A DNA stretch of 64,000 nt. It comes from Rickettsiales bacterium (GTDB taxonomy: Bacteria; Pseudomonadota; Alphaproteobacteria; Rickettsiales; SXRF01). This document shows positions 36,023 through 43,960 of the stretch, in pieces. Position 1 is the stretch's first letter, and every line of letters begins with the position of its first letter. The position numbers were made by a program, and so were the translations under genes. A model generated the notes under the pieces. That model saw nothing but the letters and a program-made list of their open reading frames with translations. It did no database searches and was not told where the DNA came from. The stretch lies in assembly GCA_947459535.1 (NCBI GenBank), contig CANHDY010000001.1, forward strand, positions 4,653 through 68,652, given 5' to 3'.

Positions 36023-36850
36023 ATGCTCACCTTCCCCAATATCGACCCCATCGCGCTTGAGCTAGGACCGCTTGCCATTCGCTGGTATTCGCTGGCTTAT
36101 ATTGCAGGGATATTGCTGGGCTGGTGGATTATCGTGCGCGAGCTGGCCGCCCGCCCGCTGGAAAACTTAAATAAAAAAGCCATCGATGACATGATCGTCT
36201 GGGCGATTATCGGCATCATGCTAGGCGGCAGGCTGGGCTACTGCCTGTTTTATAAACCATCTTACTACCTCGAAAATCCGCTGGAAATCCTTCAGCTCTG
36301 GCAGGGCGGCATGTCGTTCCATGGCGGCTTTGCCGGCTTTGTGCTCGCTTTTTATCTTTTCTGCCGCAAATACAACGTACGCTTCCTCGCGCTGATGGAT
36401 CTGATGGCCTGCGTCGCGCCGATTGGCATCGGGCTTGGCCGCCTCGCCAACTTCATCAATGGTGAACTTTATGGCCGCGTTACCGATTCACCGCTCGGCA
36501 TGATCTTCCCACACAGTGACGGCCAGCCGCGCCACCCCAGCCAGCTTTATGAGGCTTTTTCCGAAGGGCTGATTTTATTCATGATCATGATGTGCTTGCT
36601 GAAATTGTCCACACTCCGCGACCGCGCGGGAGCCTTGTCCGGCCTGTTTTGTATCGGTTACGGAACTGCCCGCATTATTTGTGAGTTTTTCCGCGAGCCG
36701 GATGCTTATCTGGGTTTCCTCTTTGCCGGTGCCACCATGGGGCAGCTGCTGAGTCTGCCGATGATTTTCATCGGTATATATCTGATATGGAAATCATCCC
36801 CCTCACCCGCCGCTTCGCGTCCTCCCTCTCCCCGTCGGGGAGAGGGTTAG
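36023..36850 (+). CDS. lgt: prolipoprotein diacylglyceryl transferase
   Basis: 'IRWYSLAYI' and 'GGMSFHGG'. The last ~17 codons and the stop codon lie inside a palindromic element. Confidence 0.9.
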   Translation: MLTFPNIDPIALELGPLAIRWYSLAYIAGILLGWWIIVRELAARPLENLNKKAIDDMIVWAIIGIMLGGRLGYCLFYKPSYYLENPLEILQLWQGGMSFHGGFAGFVLAFYLFCRKYNVRFLALMDLMACVAPIGIGLGRLANFINGELYGRVTDSPLGMIFPHSDGQPRHPSQLYEAFSEGLILFMIMMCLLKLSTLRDRAGALSGLFCIGYGTARIICEFFREPDAYLGFLFAGATMGQLLSLPMIFIGIYLIWKSSPSPAASRPPSPRRGEG

Positions 36851-36860
36851 GGTGAGGGGG
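36798..36860. repeat. family A element (nested hairpins)
   Basis: cccccctcaccc...ccctctccccgtcggggagagggttagggtgaggggg, spanning the lgt 3' end. Confidence 0.85.
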
Positions 36861-36865
36861 TAAAT

Positions 36866-37942
36866 ATGAACGATTTACTTTCCATCATCAAGGAACGCAT
36901 CGCTGAAAACGGGCCGATTCCGGTTTCGGAATATATGAGCCTGTGCCTTGCCCATCCTGAGCATGGCTATTACATGAAACGCGACCCGCTGGGCAAGGAT
37001 GGCGATTTTATTACGTCACCGGAAATCTCTCAGGTTTTTGGGGAATTGCTGGGTCTTTGGATCGCAAACCAGTGGGAAAAGCAAGGAAAGCCAAACGCCA
37101 CCCTGCTTGAAATGGGCCCCGGGCGCGGCACACTGATGAATGACGCCCTGCGCGCCACTAAAAAAATTAAGGGATTGCATGATGCGGTCTCGGTTCGTCT
37201 GCTGGAAATCAGCCCGGCGCTGAAGCAAAAACAATGGCAGCTGCTGGCGGGCAAGCACCATGATCTCGGCTGGCTGGAATCACTCGATTCACTGCCGCTA
37301 GAGCCCCTTTTTGTGGTGGCCAATGAGTTTTTTGACGCCCTGCCAATCAGGCAGTTTGTATGGCAAAATGAGAAGTGGCATGAGCGTTATGTTGGAATGG
37401 ACGGCGATCAACTTAAGTTCGTCATCGCGAGTGAGCGAAGCGAGCGTGGCGATCCAGACTGGATTGCTTCACCTTCGGCTCGCAATGACGGTGAGATTAA
37501 AGAAATTTGTGAACCAGCAACTGAAATCATTTCAAAGATCTCAAGCCATATTAAAACCTATGGCGGCGCGGCGCTCATCATTGATTACGGCTACAATGAA
37601 GGCAACGGCGACACGCTCCAGGCCATGCGTCGCCACCAGTATTTTGAAATATTTTCAAAGCCCGGTAGCGCCGACATCACCGCCCATGTCGATTTCGCCG
37701 CCCTCAAAGAAGCGGCAGAAAAAGCAGGCGCCAAAGTATTTGGCGCGACGCCGCAAGGGCGTTTCCTGATGAAGATCGGCGCCGGCCAGCGCACCCAGAA
37801 ACTCTGCGGAAGCGCCTCGCAGGAACAAAGCAGAGAGCTGATCTCGGGTCTCGATCGCCTCGCTTCCCCGGAAAAAATGGGCGAACTATTCAAAGTGCTG
37901 GCGATATTGCCGCCAGATGCCATGCATGCGGAGGGTTTTTAA
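36866..37942 (+). CDS. MidA/NDUFAF7-family SAM-dependent methyltransferase (DUF185)
   Basis: 'DFITSPEISQVFGEL', 'EMGPGRGTLM'. Carries a 69-bp palindromic element in frame. Confidence 0.8.
   Translation: MNDLLSIIKERIAENGPIPVSEYMSLCLAHPEHGYYMKRDPLGKDGDFITSPEISQVFGELLGLWIANQWEKQGKPNATLLEMGPGRGTLMNDALRATKKIKGLHDAVSVRLLEISPALKQKQWQLLAGKHHDLGWLESLDSLPLEPLFVVANEFFDALPIRQFVWQNEKWHERYVGMDGDQLKFVIASERSERGDPDWIASPSARNDGEIKEICEPATEIISKISSHIKTYGGAALIIDYGYNEGNGDTLQAMRRHQYFEIFSKPGSADITAHVDFAALKEAAEKAGAKVFGATPQGRFLMKIGAGQRTQKLCGSASQEQSRELISGLDRLASPEKMGELFKVLAILPPDAMHAEGF
37421..37489. repeat. compact composite element GTCATCGCGAG...ATCCAGaCTGGAT...CTCGCAATGAC
   Basis: 69 bp. Lies inside the midA-like CDS. 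Confidence 0.85.
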
Positions 37943-38781
37943 TGCTCTTTCCCCTCACCTCTTCCAATCTCGACTTACCACACATCCGCCACGGCTTTTT
38001 CAGCCGCAGTGGCGGCGTGAGTCAGGGTATCTACGCATCGCTGAACTGCGGCCCCGGCTCCGGCGATAATCTGGAACATGTGGGCAAAAACCGCCAGCGC
38101 GTAAGCAGCCACATGGGTGCACCGCTCATCACCTGCCATCAGGTTCACAGCAGCGAGGTGGTGACGGTTGAGATGCCATGGCAGCAAGGGCAGGCACCGC
38201 AGGCCGATGCGATGGTAACGAATCAGCCCGGCATCGCGCTGGGTATCCTGACGGCGGATTGCCTGCCGGTACTTTTTGCTGATCGCAGCCAGCGCATCAT
38301 CGGCGCGGCGCATGCCGGCTGGAAGGGTGCCTTCACCGGCGTACTGGAAAACACCATTGCCGCCATGAAAGCCCTTGGCGCCAGCGACATTGCCTGCGCC
38401 ATTGGCCCCGCCATTTCGCAGCCCTCTTATGAAGTCGGCCCGGAATTTTATGAGCGTTTCACGAAAATATACTCCCCCAGCTTGCGGGGGGAGATAGAGG
38501 GGGGTGATCATGCAACACTGCAAACTCACCCCCCCTACCCCCCCGCAAGCGGGGGGGTAATAAACAATGACCAATTCTTCATCCCCTCTTCCCGCGAAGG
38601 CCATCACCTCTTCGACCTCAAGGGCTATGCGCTGGCGCGGCTCAAAAATGCGGGCGTTGAGGCGGAACTTCTTGACCGCGATACCTGTTTTGAAGATGAT
38701 AGCTTCTTCAGCTTCCGCCGCGCCACCTTAATCGGCGAACGTGGCTATGGCAGGCAGGTTTCGGTAATATCATTAGTATAG
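37942..38781 (+). CDS. pgeF: peptidoglycan editing factor PgeF (YfiH/laccase-domain family)
   Basis: 'QVHSSEVV', 'ADAMVT', 'TADCLPV', 'HAGWKG'. Carries an ~87-bp element in frame. Confidence 0.85.
   Translation: MLFPLTSSNLDLPHIRHGFFSRSGGVSQGIYASLNCGPGSGDNLEHVGKNRQRVSSHMGAPLITCHQVHSSEVVTVEMPWQQGQAPQADAMVTNQPGIALGILTADCLPVLFADRSQRIIGAAHAGWKGAFTGVLENTIAAMKALGASDIACAIGPAISQPSYEVGPEFYERFTKIYSPSLRGEIEGGDHATLQTHPPYPPASGGVINNDQFFIPSSREGHHLFDLKGYALARLKNAGVEAELLDRDTCFEDDSFFSFRRATLIGERGYGRQVSVISLV
38472..38558. repeat. tripartite palindromic element, family B
   Basis: ctcccccagcttgcggggggag / ggggggtga..tcacccccc / acccccccgcaagcgggggggt. Lies inside pgeF. Confidence 0.85.
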
Positions 38782-38783
38782 CT

Positions 38784-38897
38784 GTCATCCCCGCGAAAGC
38801 GGAGATCCAGTTATAAACTTGACGAAAAATGTCTACTGACATTTTTCTTCTCTGGATCCCGGATAAATTTTTCTACTGAAAAATTTTCCGGGATGAC
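38784..38897. repeat. composite element with GTCTACTGAC hairpin
   Basis: gtcatccccgcgaaagcggagatccag + gaaaaatgtctactgacatttttc + ctggatcccggataaattttt..aaaattttccgggatgac. Confidence 0.85.
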
Positions 38898-38913
38898 AAC
38901 AAAGGATAATTCT

Positions 38914-39786
38914 ATGACTCTCATTCCCTTTGACGATCGTGATGGATGGATCTGGTTTAACGGCACGATGGTGCCGTGGCGCGATGCCAAGGTTCATGTG
39001 CTGACACATGGCCTGCATTATGGTTCCTGCGTGTTCGAAGGGGAGCGGGCGTATGGCGGCAAAATTTTCAAAAGCCGCGAGCATGCTGAGCGACTATATA
39101 AATCCGGTGAACTGCTTGGCTTCAAAATCCCCTTTGATGTTGAAACGCTGATGCAGGCGAAAGAAGAAGTGATTTCGAAAAATAATCTGGTGGATGCGTA
39201 CCTGCGCCCGGTGGCGTGGCGTGGCAGCGAAATGATGGCCGTTTCAGCGCAGCAGACAAAAATCCATGTCGCCATCGCCGCATGGCAGTGGCCGAGCTAT
39301 TTCGGCAAAGAAGCGAAAGAAAAAGGCCTGCGCCTGCAGGTAGCGCGCTGGGCACGCCCCGCGCCCAACACCGCCCCCACCGCCAGCAAAGCGGCCGGAC
39401 TTTACATGATCTGCACCATCAGCAAACACGAAGCCGAGGCCGCCGGCTACAATGATGCGCTGATGTATGATTATCGCGGCTTTGTTGCGGAAGCCACCGG
39501 CGCGAATGTGTTTTTCATGATGGACGGCAAGCTCCACACCCCGAAACCGGATTGCTTCCTGGACGGCATCACGCGCCGCACGGTGATCGATCTCGCGCGG
39601 CAGCATAAGATCGAGGTCGTTGAGCGCCATATCAAGCCGGACGAGCTGGCGCATGCGACCGAGGCCTTCCTCACCGGCAGCGCCGCCGAGGTCATGCCCA
39701 TTGGCAGCATCGAAGGGCAGCATTTCGTTGTCGGCGAGGCAACCAAGATGTTGATGGGGGCTTATCAGCAAGCTGTAAGCAATTAA
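38914..39786 (+). CDS. ilvE: branched-chain amino acid aminotransferase
   Basis: 'HGLHYGSCVFEGERAY'. AAGGA lies upstream of ATG 38914. The earlier ATG at 38893 lies in a repeat terminus. Confidence 0.9.
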   Translation: MTLIPFDDRDGWIWFNGTMVPWRDAKVHVLTHGLHYGSCVFEGERAYGGKIFKSREHAERLYKSGELLGFKIPFDVETLMQAKEEVISKNNLVDAYLRPVAWRGSEMMAVSAQQTKIHVAIAAWQWPSYFGKEAKEKGLRLQVARWARPAPNTAPTASKAAGLYMICTISKHEAEAAGYNDALMYDYRGFVAEATGANVFFMMDGKLHTPKPDCFLDGITRRTVIDLARQHKIEVVERHIKPDELAHATEAFLTGSAAEVMPIGSIEGQHFVVGEATKMLMGAYQQAVSN

Positions 39787-40190
39787 CCCACCTCTTGCCC
39801 GCCGTTTCTTTCAGTAAAAACTTCTGTCATTCTTTTCAGCTCGGCTTTTGTATGTTCGCCCATTTCCGGCTTGATCGCGTTATTAATACCTAGAGATTGT
39901 TTTATTAAATCTTGATCAACATTATTTTTATTCATGATTCCATAGGTTTCCATCGTTGCTAGTGCAGCGACAAGATCCTCTTTATTATATTGACTATATA
40001 GCTTGGAATCTCCGCTTTGAATCGCTTTTAGAATTAACTCTGCAGCAAAAATCCTTCTTTTTTCTTCTTCCGTATAATGATTCATGTATTTTTGATTGTT
40101 TAGCTCGTCTATCAGATTAGCATTTTCTCGATAAGCCGCTGCATTAATCAAAAACCCATCAATATCTTCTCTTTTAAACTGCGTTCCCAT
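39783..40190 (-). CDS. hypothetical protein, AT-rich orphan (135 aa)
   Basis: GGAG lies 5 nt upstream of the ATG at 40190. Visibly AT-rich. No family recognised. Confidence 0.45.
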   Translation of the reverse strand: MGTQFKREDIDGFLINAAAYRENANLIDELNNQKYMNHYTEEEKRRIFAAELILKAIQSGDSKLYSQYNKEDLVAALATMETYGIMNKNNVDQDLIKQSLGINNAIKPEMGEHTKAELKRMTEVFTERNGGQEVG

Positions 40191-40315
40191 GGTTACTCCG
40201 TGCAAATAATTTAGAAATTAACGTTGCGATTCTAGCTACAGTTAATAGCGATTGAATAGACCAATATAGGGTTTTTATTCAAAATTCACAGAACTGTAAT
40301 AATTCCGATTTCACC

Positions 40316-40882
40316 CTAATTCAAATATTTCCACCCGGTTTTCACATATGCATAGCCGGTGACCAGCGTCAGGATCGCAGCGAGCCAGAGGAAAAAGCGC
40401 CCCAGCGTTTCCGCGTGCAGCCACTCAGGCCCGCCCGCCCCCAGCAGTAGCAGGAAGATCGCAGTCATCTGCACGGCGGTTTTCCATTTGGCAAGCTTCG
40501 AAACCGGCACACTCACGCGGATTTCCGCCAGAAACTCGCGTAGCCCCGACACCAGAATCTCGCGGCATACAATCGCAATCGCCGGAATAATATCAGCGCG
40601 GGTCGTATCGTCGGTGTTGGACTGCACCAGTAGCAAGAGGGCAGTCGCCACCAACAGCTTATCAGCAATGGGATCAAGAAACCGCCCCACGGCGGATTCC
40701 ACCTGCCATTTACGCGCCACATAGCCATCCAGCCAATCGGTGATGCAGGCGAGCAGAAACAGCCCGGACGATAGCCAGAAACCCCAGTTGCCTTTAAGAA
40801 AAAACACCAGCACCAGCGCCGGTATCACCGCGATGCGGAAATAGGTGAGGTAATTGGGAAGGTTCTTCTTAAATGTGGTCAT
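40316..40882 (-). CDS. pgsA: CDP-diacylglycerol--glycerol-3-phosphate 3-phosphatidyltransferase
   Basis: CDP-alcohol transferase motif 'DWLDGYVARK...GRFLDPIADK'. Confidence 0.9.
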   Translation of the reverse strand: MTTFKKNLPNYLTYFRIAVIPALVLVFFLKGNWGFWLSSGLFLLACITDWLDGYVARKWQVESAVGRFLDPIADKLLVATALLLLVQSNTDDTTRADIIPAIAIVCREILVSGLREFLAEIRVSVPVSKLAKWKTAVQMTAIFLLLLGAGGPEWLHAETLGRFFLWLAAILTLVTGYAYVKTGWKYLN

Positions 40883-40959
40883 CGTGGTTCGTGGTTATCG
40901 TGGCTCGTGATAAACGGCTACCACGATACTTAACCACGACGGCCACGGCAACCACGATC
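40883..40959. repeat. CGTGGTT-unit array inverted repeat
   Basis: Fills the complete spacer between the cysA stop (40960) and the pgsA start (40882). Confidence 0.9.
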
Positions 40960-42144
40960 TTACTCGAAAACCCTGACCTGCTTCGGTCTGACATACAGCT
41001 TATCATGCTTGCTAATCGCCAGCTGGTCAATAATCGCTTTGGGCACCTCCGCCTGAATGATGCTGCCATTGCTGCGCTGCATCTCCAGCTTGGCAAGCGA
41101 GCCGGCGGGGTTGATGTGAATCACACTCGCCGGAATATATTCATGATCGCCTTCCGGCTCCTTAGTCACAAACATCTCGTGCGGGCGCGCATACATTTTC
41201 ACCGGCACCCCGCGCTCTTTGAGCGCCGCGCGCACCTTGCCACGCGCGCTGGCTTTTTTGGTGATCTCCGGCATCGGCAGCAGCATATCCGGCACGATTT
41301 TTCGTAGTGACCCCAGCCAGCCTTCCTGCTTTGCCACCTGCATCGCGGCTGGCTTTGCTTCCCATAAATCATCTTCGGCGAGGTGAGTATTGCCCGCAGC
41401 ATCACGCCAGCCGAGAAACTCGTTATAATTGCCAAGAAAATCATACACAAAACCATTGGCGGGGGTGTGATACACCTCATCCGGCGTGCCGGTCTGCTCG
41501 ATTTTTCCTGCGTTCATTACCACCACACGGTCGGCCACTTCCATCGCCTCTTCCTGATCGTGCGTGACAAACAGGGTGGTGATGTGCAGCTCGTCATGCA
41601 GCCTTCTCAGCCAGCGCCGCAGCTCTTTGCGCACCTTGGCATCCAGCGCACCAAACGGCTCATCAAGCAGCAGCAGCTTCGGCTCCACGGCAAGCGCGCG
41701 TGCGAGCGCCACACGCTGGCGCTGGCCGCCGGAAAGCTGGCTGGGGTAGCGATCATAAAAATTATCAAGATGCACAAGGCGCAGCAGGTTCATCACCCGC
41801 TCGGTAATCTGCTCGTAAGGCAGGCGCTCGCGCTTTGGCCGCACACGCAGGCCAAATGCCACATTCTCAAACACCGTCATGTGGCGAAACAGCGCATAAT
41901 GCTGAAACACAAACCCGACTTTACGTTCACGCACATGCTGGTGGGTGGTGTCGATGCCATGCACCAGCACCTTGCCGCTATCCGGCATATCCAGCCCGGC
42001 GATCATGCGCAGCAGCGTGGTCTTGCCGGAACCAGAAGGCCCGAGCAGCGCCACCAGCTCGCCATCTTTCACGCTCAGGTCAACGCCAGCCAGCGCATGA
42101 AAGTCGCCAAATGATTTATGAATCTGGATTAGTTCAATGGTCAT
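40960..42144 (-). CDS. cysA: sulfate/thiosulfate ABC transporter ATP-binding protein
   Basis: Walker A 'GPSGSGKTT', signature 'LSGGQRQR', Walker B 'LLLDEP'. Downstream of cysTW. Confidence 0.9.
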   Translation of the reverse strand: MTIELIQIHKSFGDFHALAGVDLSVKDGELVALLGPSGSGKTTLLRMIAGLDMPDSGKVLVHGIDTTHQHVRERKVGFVFQHYALFRHMTVFENVAFGLRVRPKRERLPYEQITERVMNLLRLVHLDNFYDRYPSQLSGGQRQRVALARALAVEPKLLLLDEPFGALDAKVRKELRRWLRRLHDELHITTLFVTHDQEEAMEVADRVVVMNAGKIEQTGTPDEVYHTPANGFVYDFLGNYNEFLGWRDAAGNTHLAEDDLWEAKPAAMQVAKQEGWLGSLRKIVPDMLLPMPEITKKASARGKVRAALKERGVPVKMYARPHEMFVTKEPEGDHEYIPASVIHINPAGSLAKLEMQRSNGSIIQAEVPKAIIDQLAISKHDKLYVRPKQVRVFE

Positions 42145-43024
42145 GGTTTGCCTTTAGTTCCTTCGCATACCTAGCCTCAACTGCGTATTTTAGCAACAAA
42201 GTGAGCACGGCCAGTAAGGTCAGCAGCGACGCGACCGCAAACGCCGCTACGAAATTATATTCATTATACAGAATCTCCACATGCAGCGGCACAGTGTTCG
42301 TCTGCCCCTTGATATGGCCGGAAACGACTGACACTGCGCCAAACTCGCCCATCGCCCGTGCATTGCACAGCAGTACGCCGGAGAGCAGCGCCCATTTGAT
42401 ATTGGGCAGCGTCACGCTGATGAAGGTACGAAAGCCCGATGCGCCAAGCAGAATCGCCGCTTCCTCTTCTTCGCTGCCCTGCTCTTCCATCAGCGGAATC
42501 AGCTCACGCGCCACAAACGGAAAGGTGACAAAGATGGTGGCAATCACCAGGCCGGGCACCGCAAAAATAATCTGGATATCGTGTGCAGCGAGCCACTCGC
42601 CCAGCGCCGAATGCGCGCCAAACAGCAGCACATAAATCAGGCCGGAAATCACCGGCGAGACGGAAAACGGCAAATCAATGAAGGTGATGAGCAGGCGCTT
42701 GCCGGCAAATTCATATTTGGCAATCGCCCAGGAGGCGCAGAGGCCAAACACCACATTAAACGGCACCGCAATCGCCGCCACCAGCAACGTGAGCTCGATG
42801 GCCGACAGCGCATGGCGGTGGGCAAGCGCATCTGCGTAAGCCTCCCAGCCCTTTGCAAACGCTTCTGCAAAAACCACCGCCAGCGGCAACGCCACCAGCG
42901 CCAGCATGAAGCCAAGCGCGACAGCAATGAGCACCAACTTCACCCACCATGGCTCTCCTAAAATCTCCCTCTCCCTTTTAGGGAGAGGGTTGGGGTGAGG
43001 GTTATCAGTCCAAATGACGCTCAT
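42134..43024 (-). CDS. cysW: sulfate ABC transporter permease CysW
   Basis: Permease EAA-type region '[15 protein letters not shown]'. The first ~20 codons lie in a repeat element, so the start is uncertain. Confidence 0.85.
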   Translation of the reverse strand: MSVIWTDNPHPNPLPKREREILGEPWWVKLVLIAVALGFMLALVALPLAVVFAEAFAKGWEAYADALAHRHALSAIELTLLVAAIAVPFNVVFGLCASWAIAKYEFAGKRLLITFIDLPFSVSPVISGLIYVLLFGAHSALGEWLAAHDIQIIFAVPGLVIATIFVTFPFVARELIPLMEEQGSEEEEAAILLGASGFRTFISVTLPNIKWALLSGVLLCNARAMGEFGAVSVVSGHIKGQTNTVPLHVEILYNEYNFVAAFAVASLLTLLAVLTLLLKYAVEARYAKELKANHDH

Positions 43025-43062
43025 AAAACCCCCCTCCTAACCTCTCCCCTTAAGGGGGGAGG
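42967..43062. repeat. family A-like tripartite element at the cysT/cysW junction
   Basis: ccctctcccttttagggagagggttggggtgaggg ... cctctccccttaaggggggagg. Confidence 0.85.
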
Positions 43063-43876
43063 AATATCTGGATTGTAACCAGTTAATGAGTAGCAGCAAC
43101 GCGAATGATGCAAGCAGCATCACGCAGGCGATGGCGGTGGCGCCTGCCACATCATATTGCTCCAGCTTCACAACAATCAGAAGCGGCACAATTTCCGACA
43201 CGCCGGGAATATTGCCCGCGATAAAAATCACCGAGCCATATTCGCCGAGCGCGCGGGCAAAGGCCATGGCAAAGCCGGTCGCGAGCGCCGGTAGCACCGA
43301 AGGCAATAACACGCGCGTAAAAAGCTGCCAGCGCGAAGCGCCAAGGCTCACCGCCGCCTCTTCCACCTCGCGGTCAATGTCTTTTAAGACCGGCTCCACC
43401 GTGCGCACGACAAACGGCAGCCCGACAAATACCAGCGCTGCAAAAATCCCCAGCGGCGTGAACGCCACCTTGATGCCAAGCTCATTAAGCGGAGCGCCGA
43501 GCCAGCCGCTGGGGCCATAAAGCGTCGCCAGCGCGATGCCAGCCACCGCCGTCGGCAGGGCAAAGGGTAAATCCACCATCGCATCTAACATTTTGCGACC
43601 GGCAAAACGGTAGCGCACCAGCACCCACGCGAGAATCAGCCCGAAACATGCGTTCACCGCCGCCGCCGCCAGCGCAAGGCCAAAGCTTATTTTATAAGCA
43701 TGCACCACGCGATCAGAGGTCACGGCTTTCATGATCTCCGGCCAGCTGAGCGTGGCTGTTTTCACAAACAGTCCGGCCAGCGGAATCACCACCACCAGCA
43801 GCAGCGCCGCCAGCGTAAACGCCATGGTGATGCCAAAGCCCGGCAGAATGGAAGGTTGTTTGAGTTTCATATACAT
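43037..43876 (-). CDS. cysT: sulfate ABC transporter permease CysT
   Basis: 'EEAAVSLGASRWQLF'. The last 8 codons and the stop codon lie in a repeat element. Confidence 0.85.
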   Translation of the reverse strand: MYMKLKQPSILPGFGITMAFTLAALLLVVVIPLAGLFVKTATLSWPEIMKAVTSDRVVHAYKISFGLALAAAAVNACFGLILAWVLVRYRFAGRKMLDAMVDLPFALPTAVAGIALATLYGPSGWLGAPLNELGIKVAFTPLGIFAALVFVGLPFVVRTVEPVLKDIDREVEEAAVSLGASRWQLFTRVLLPSVLPALATGFAMAFARALGEYGSVIFIAGNIPGVSEIVPLLIVVKLEQYDVAGATAIACVMLLASFALLLLINWLQSRYSSPLKGRG

Positions 43877-43878
43877 AC

Positions 43879-43956
43879 GTCATGGCGAGCGTAGCGAAGC
43901 CATCCAGTTTGGCAAGTCTGGATTGCCGCGTCGGCCTTTGGCCTCCTCGCAATGAC
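43879..43956. repeat. compact composite element GTCATGGCGAG...ATCCAG..CTGGAT...CTCGCAATGAC
   Basis: Read directly. Lies between the cysT start and the recJ stop. Confidence 0.85.
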
Positions 43957-43960
43957 GGAA

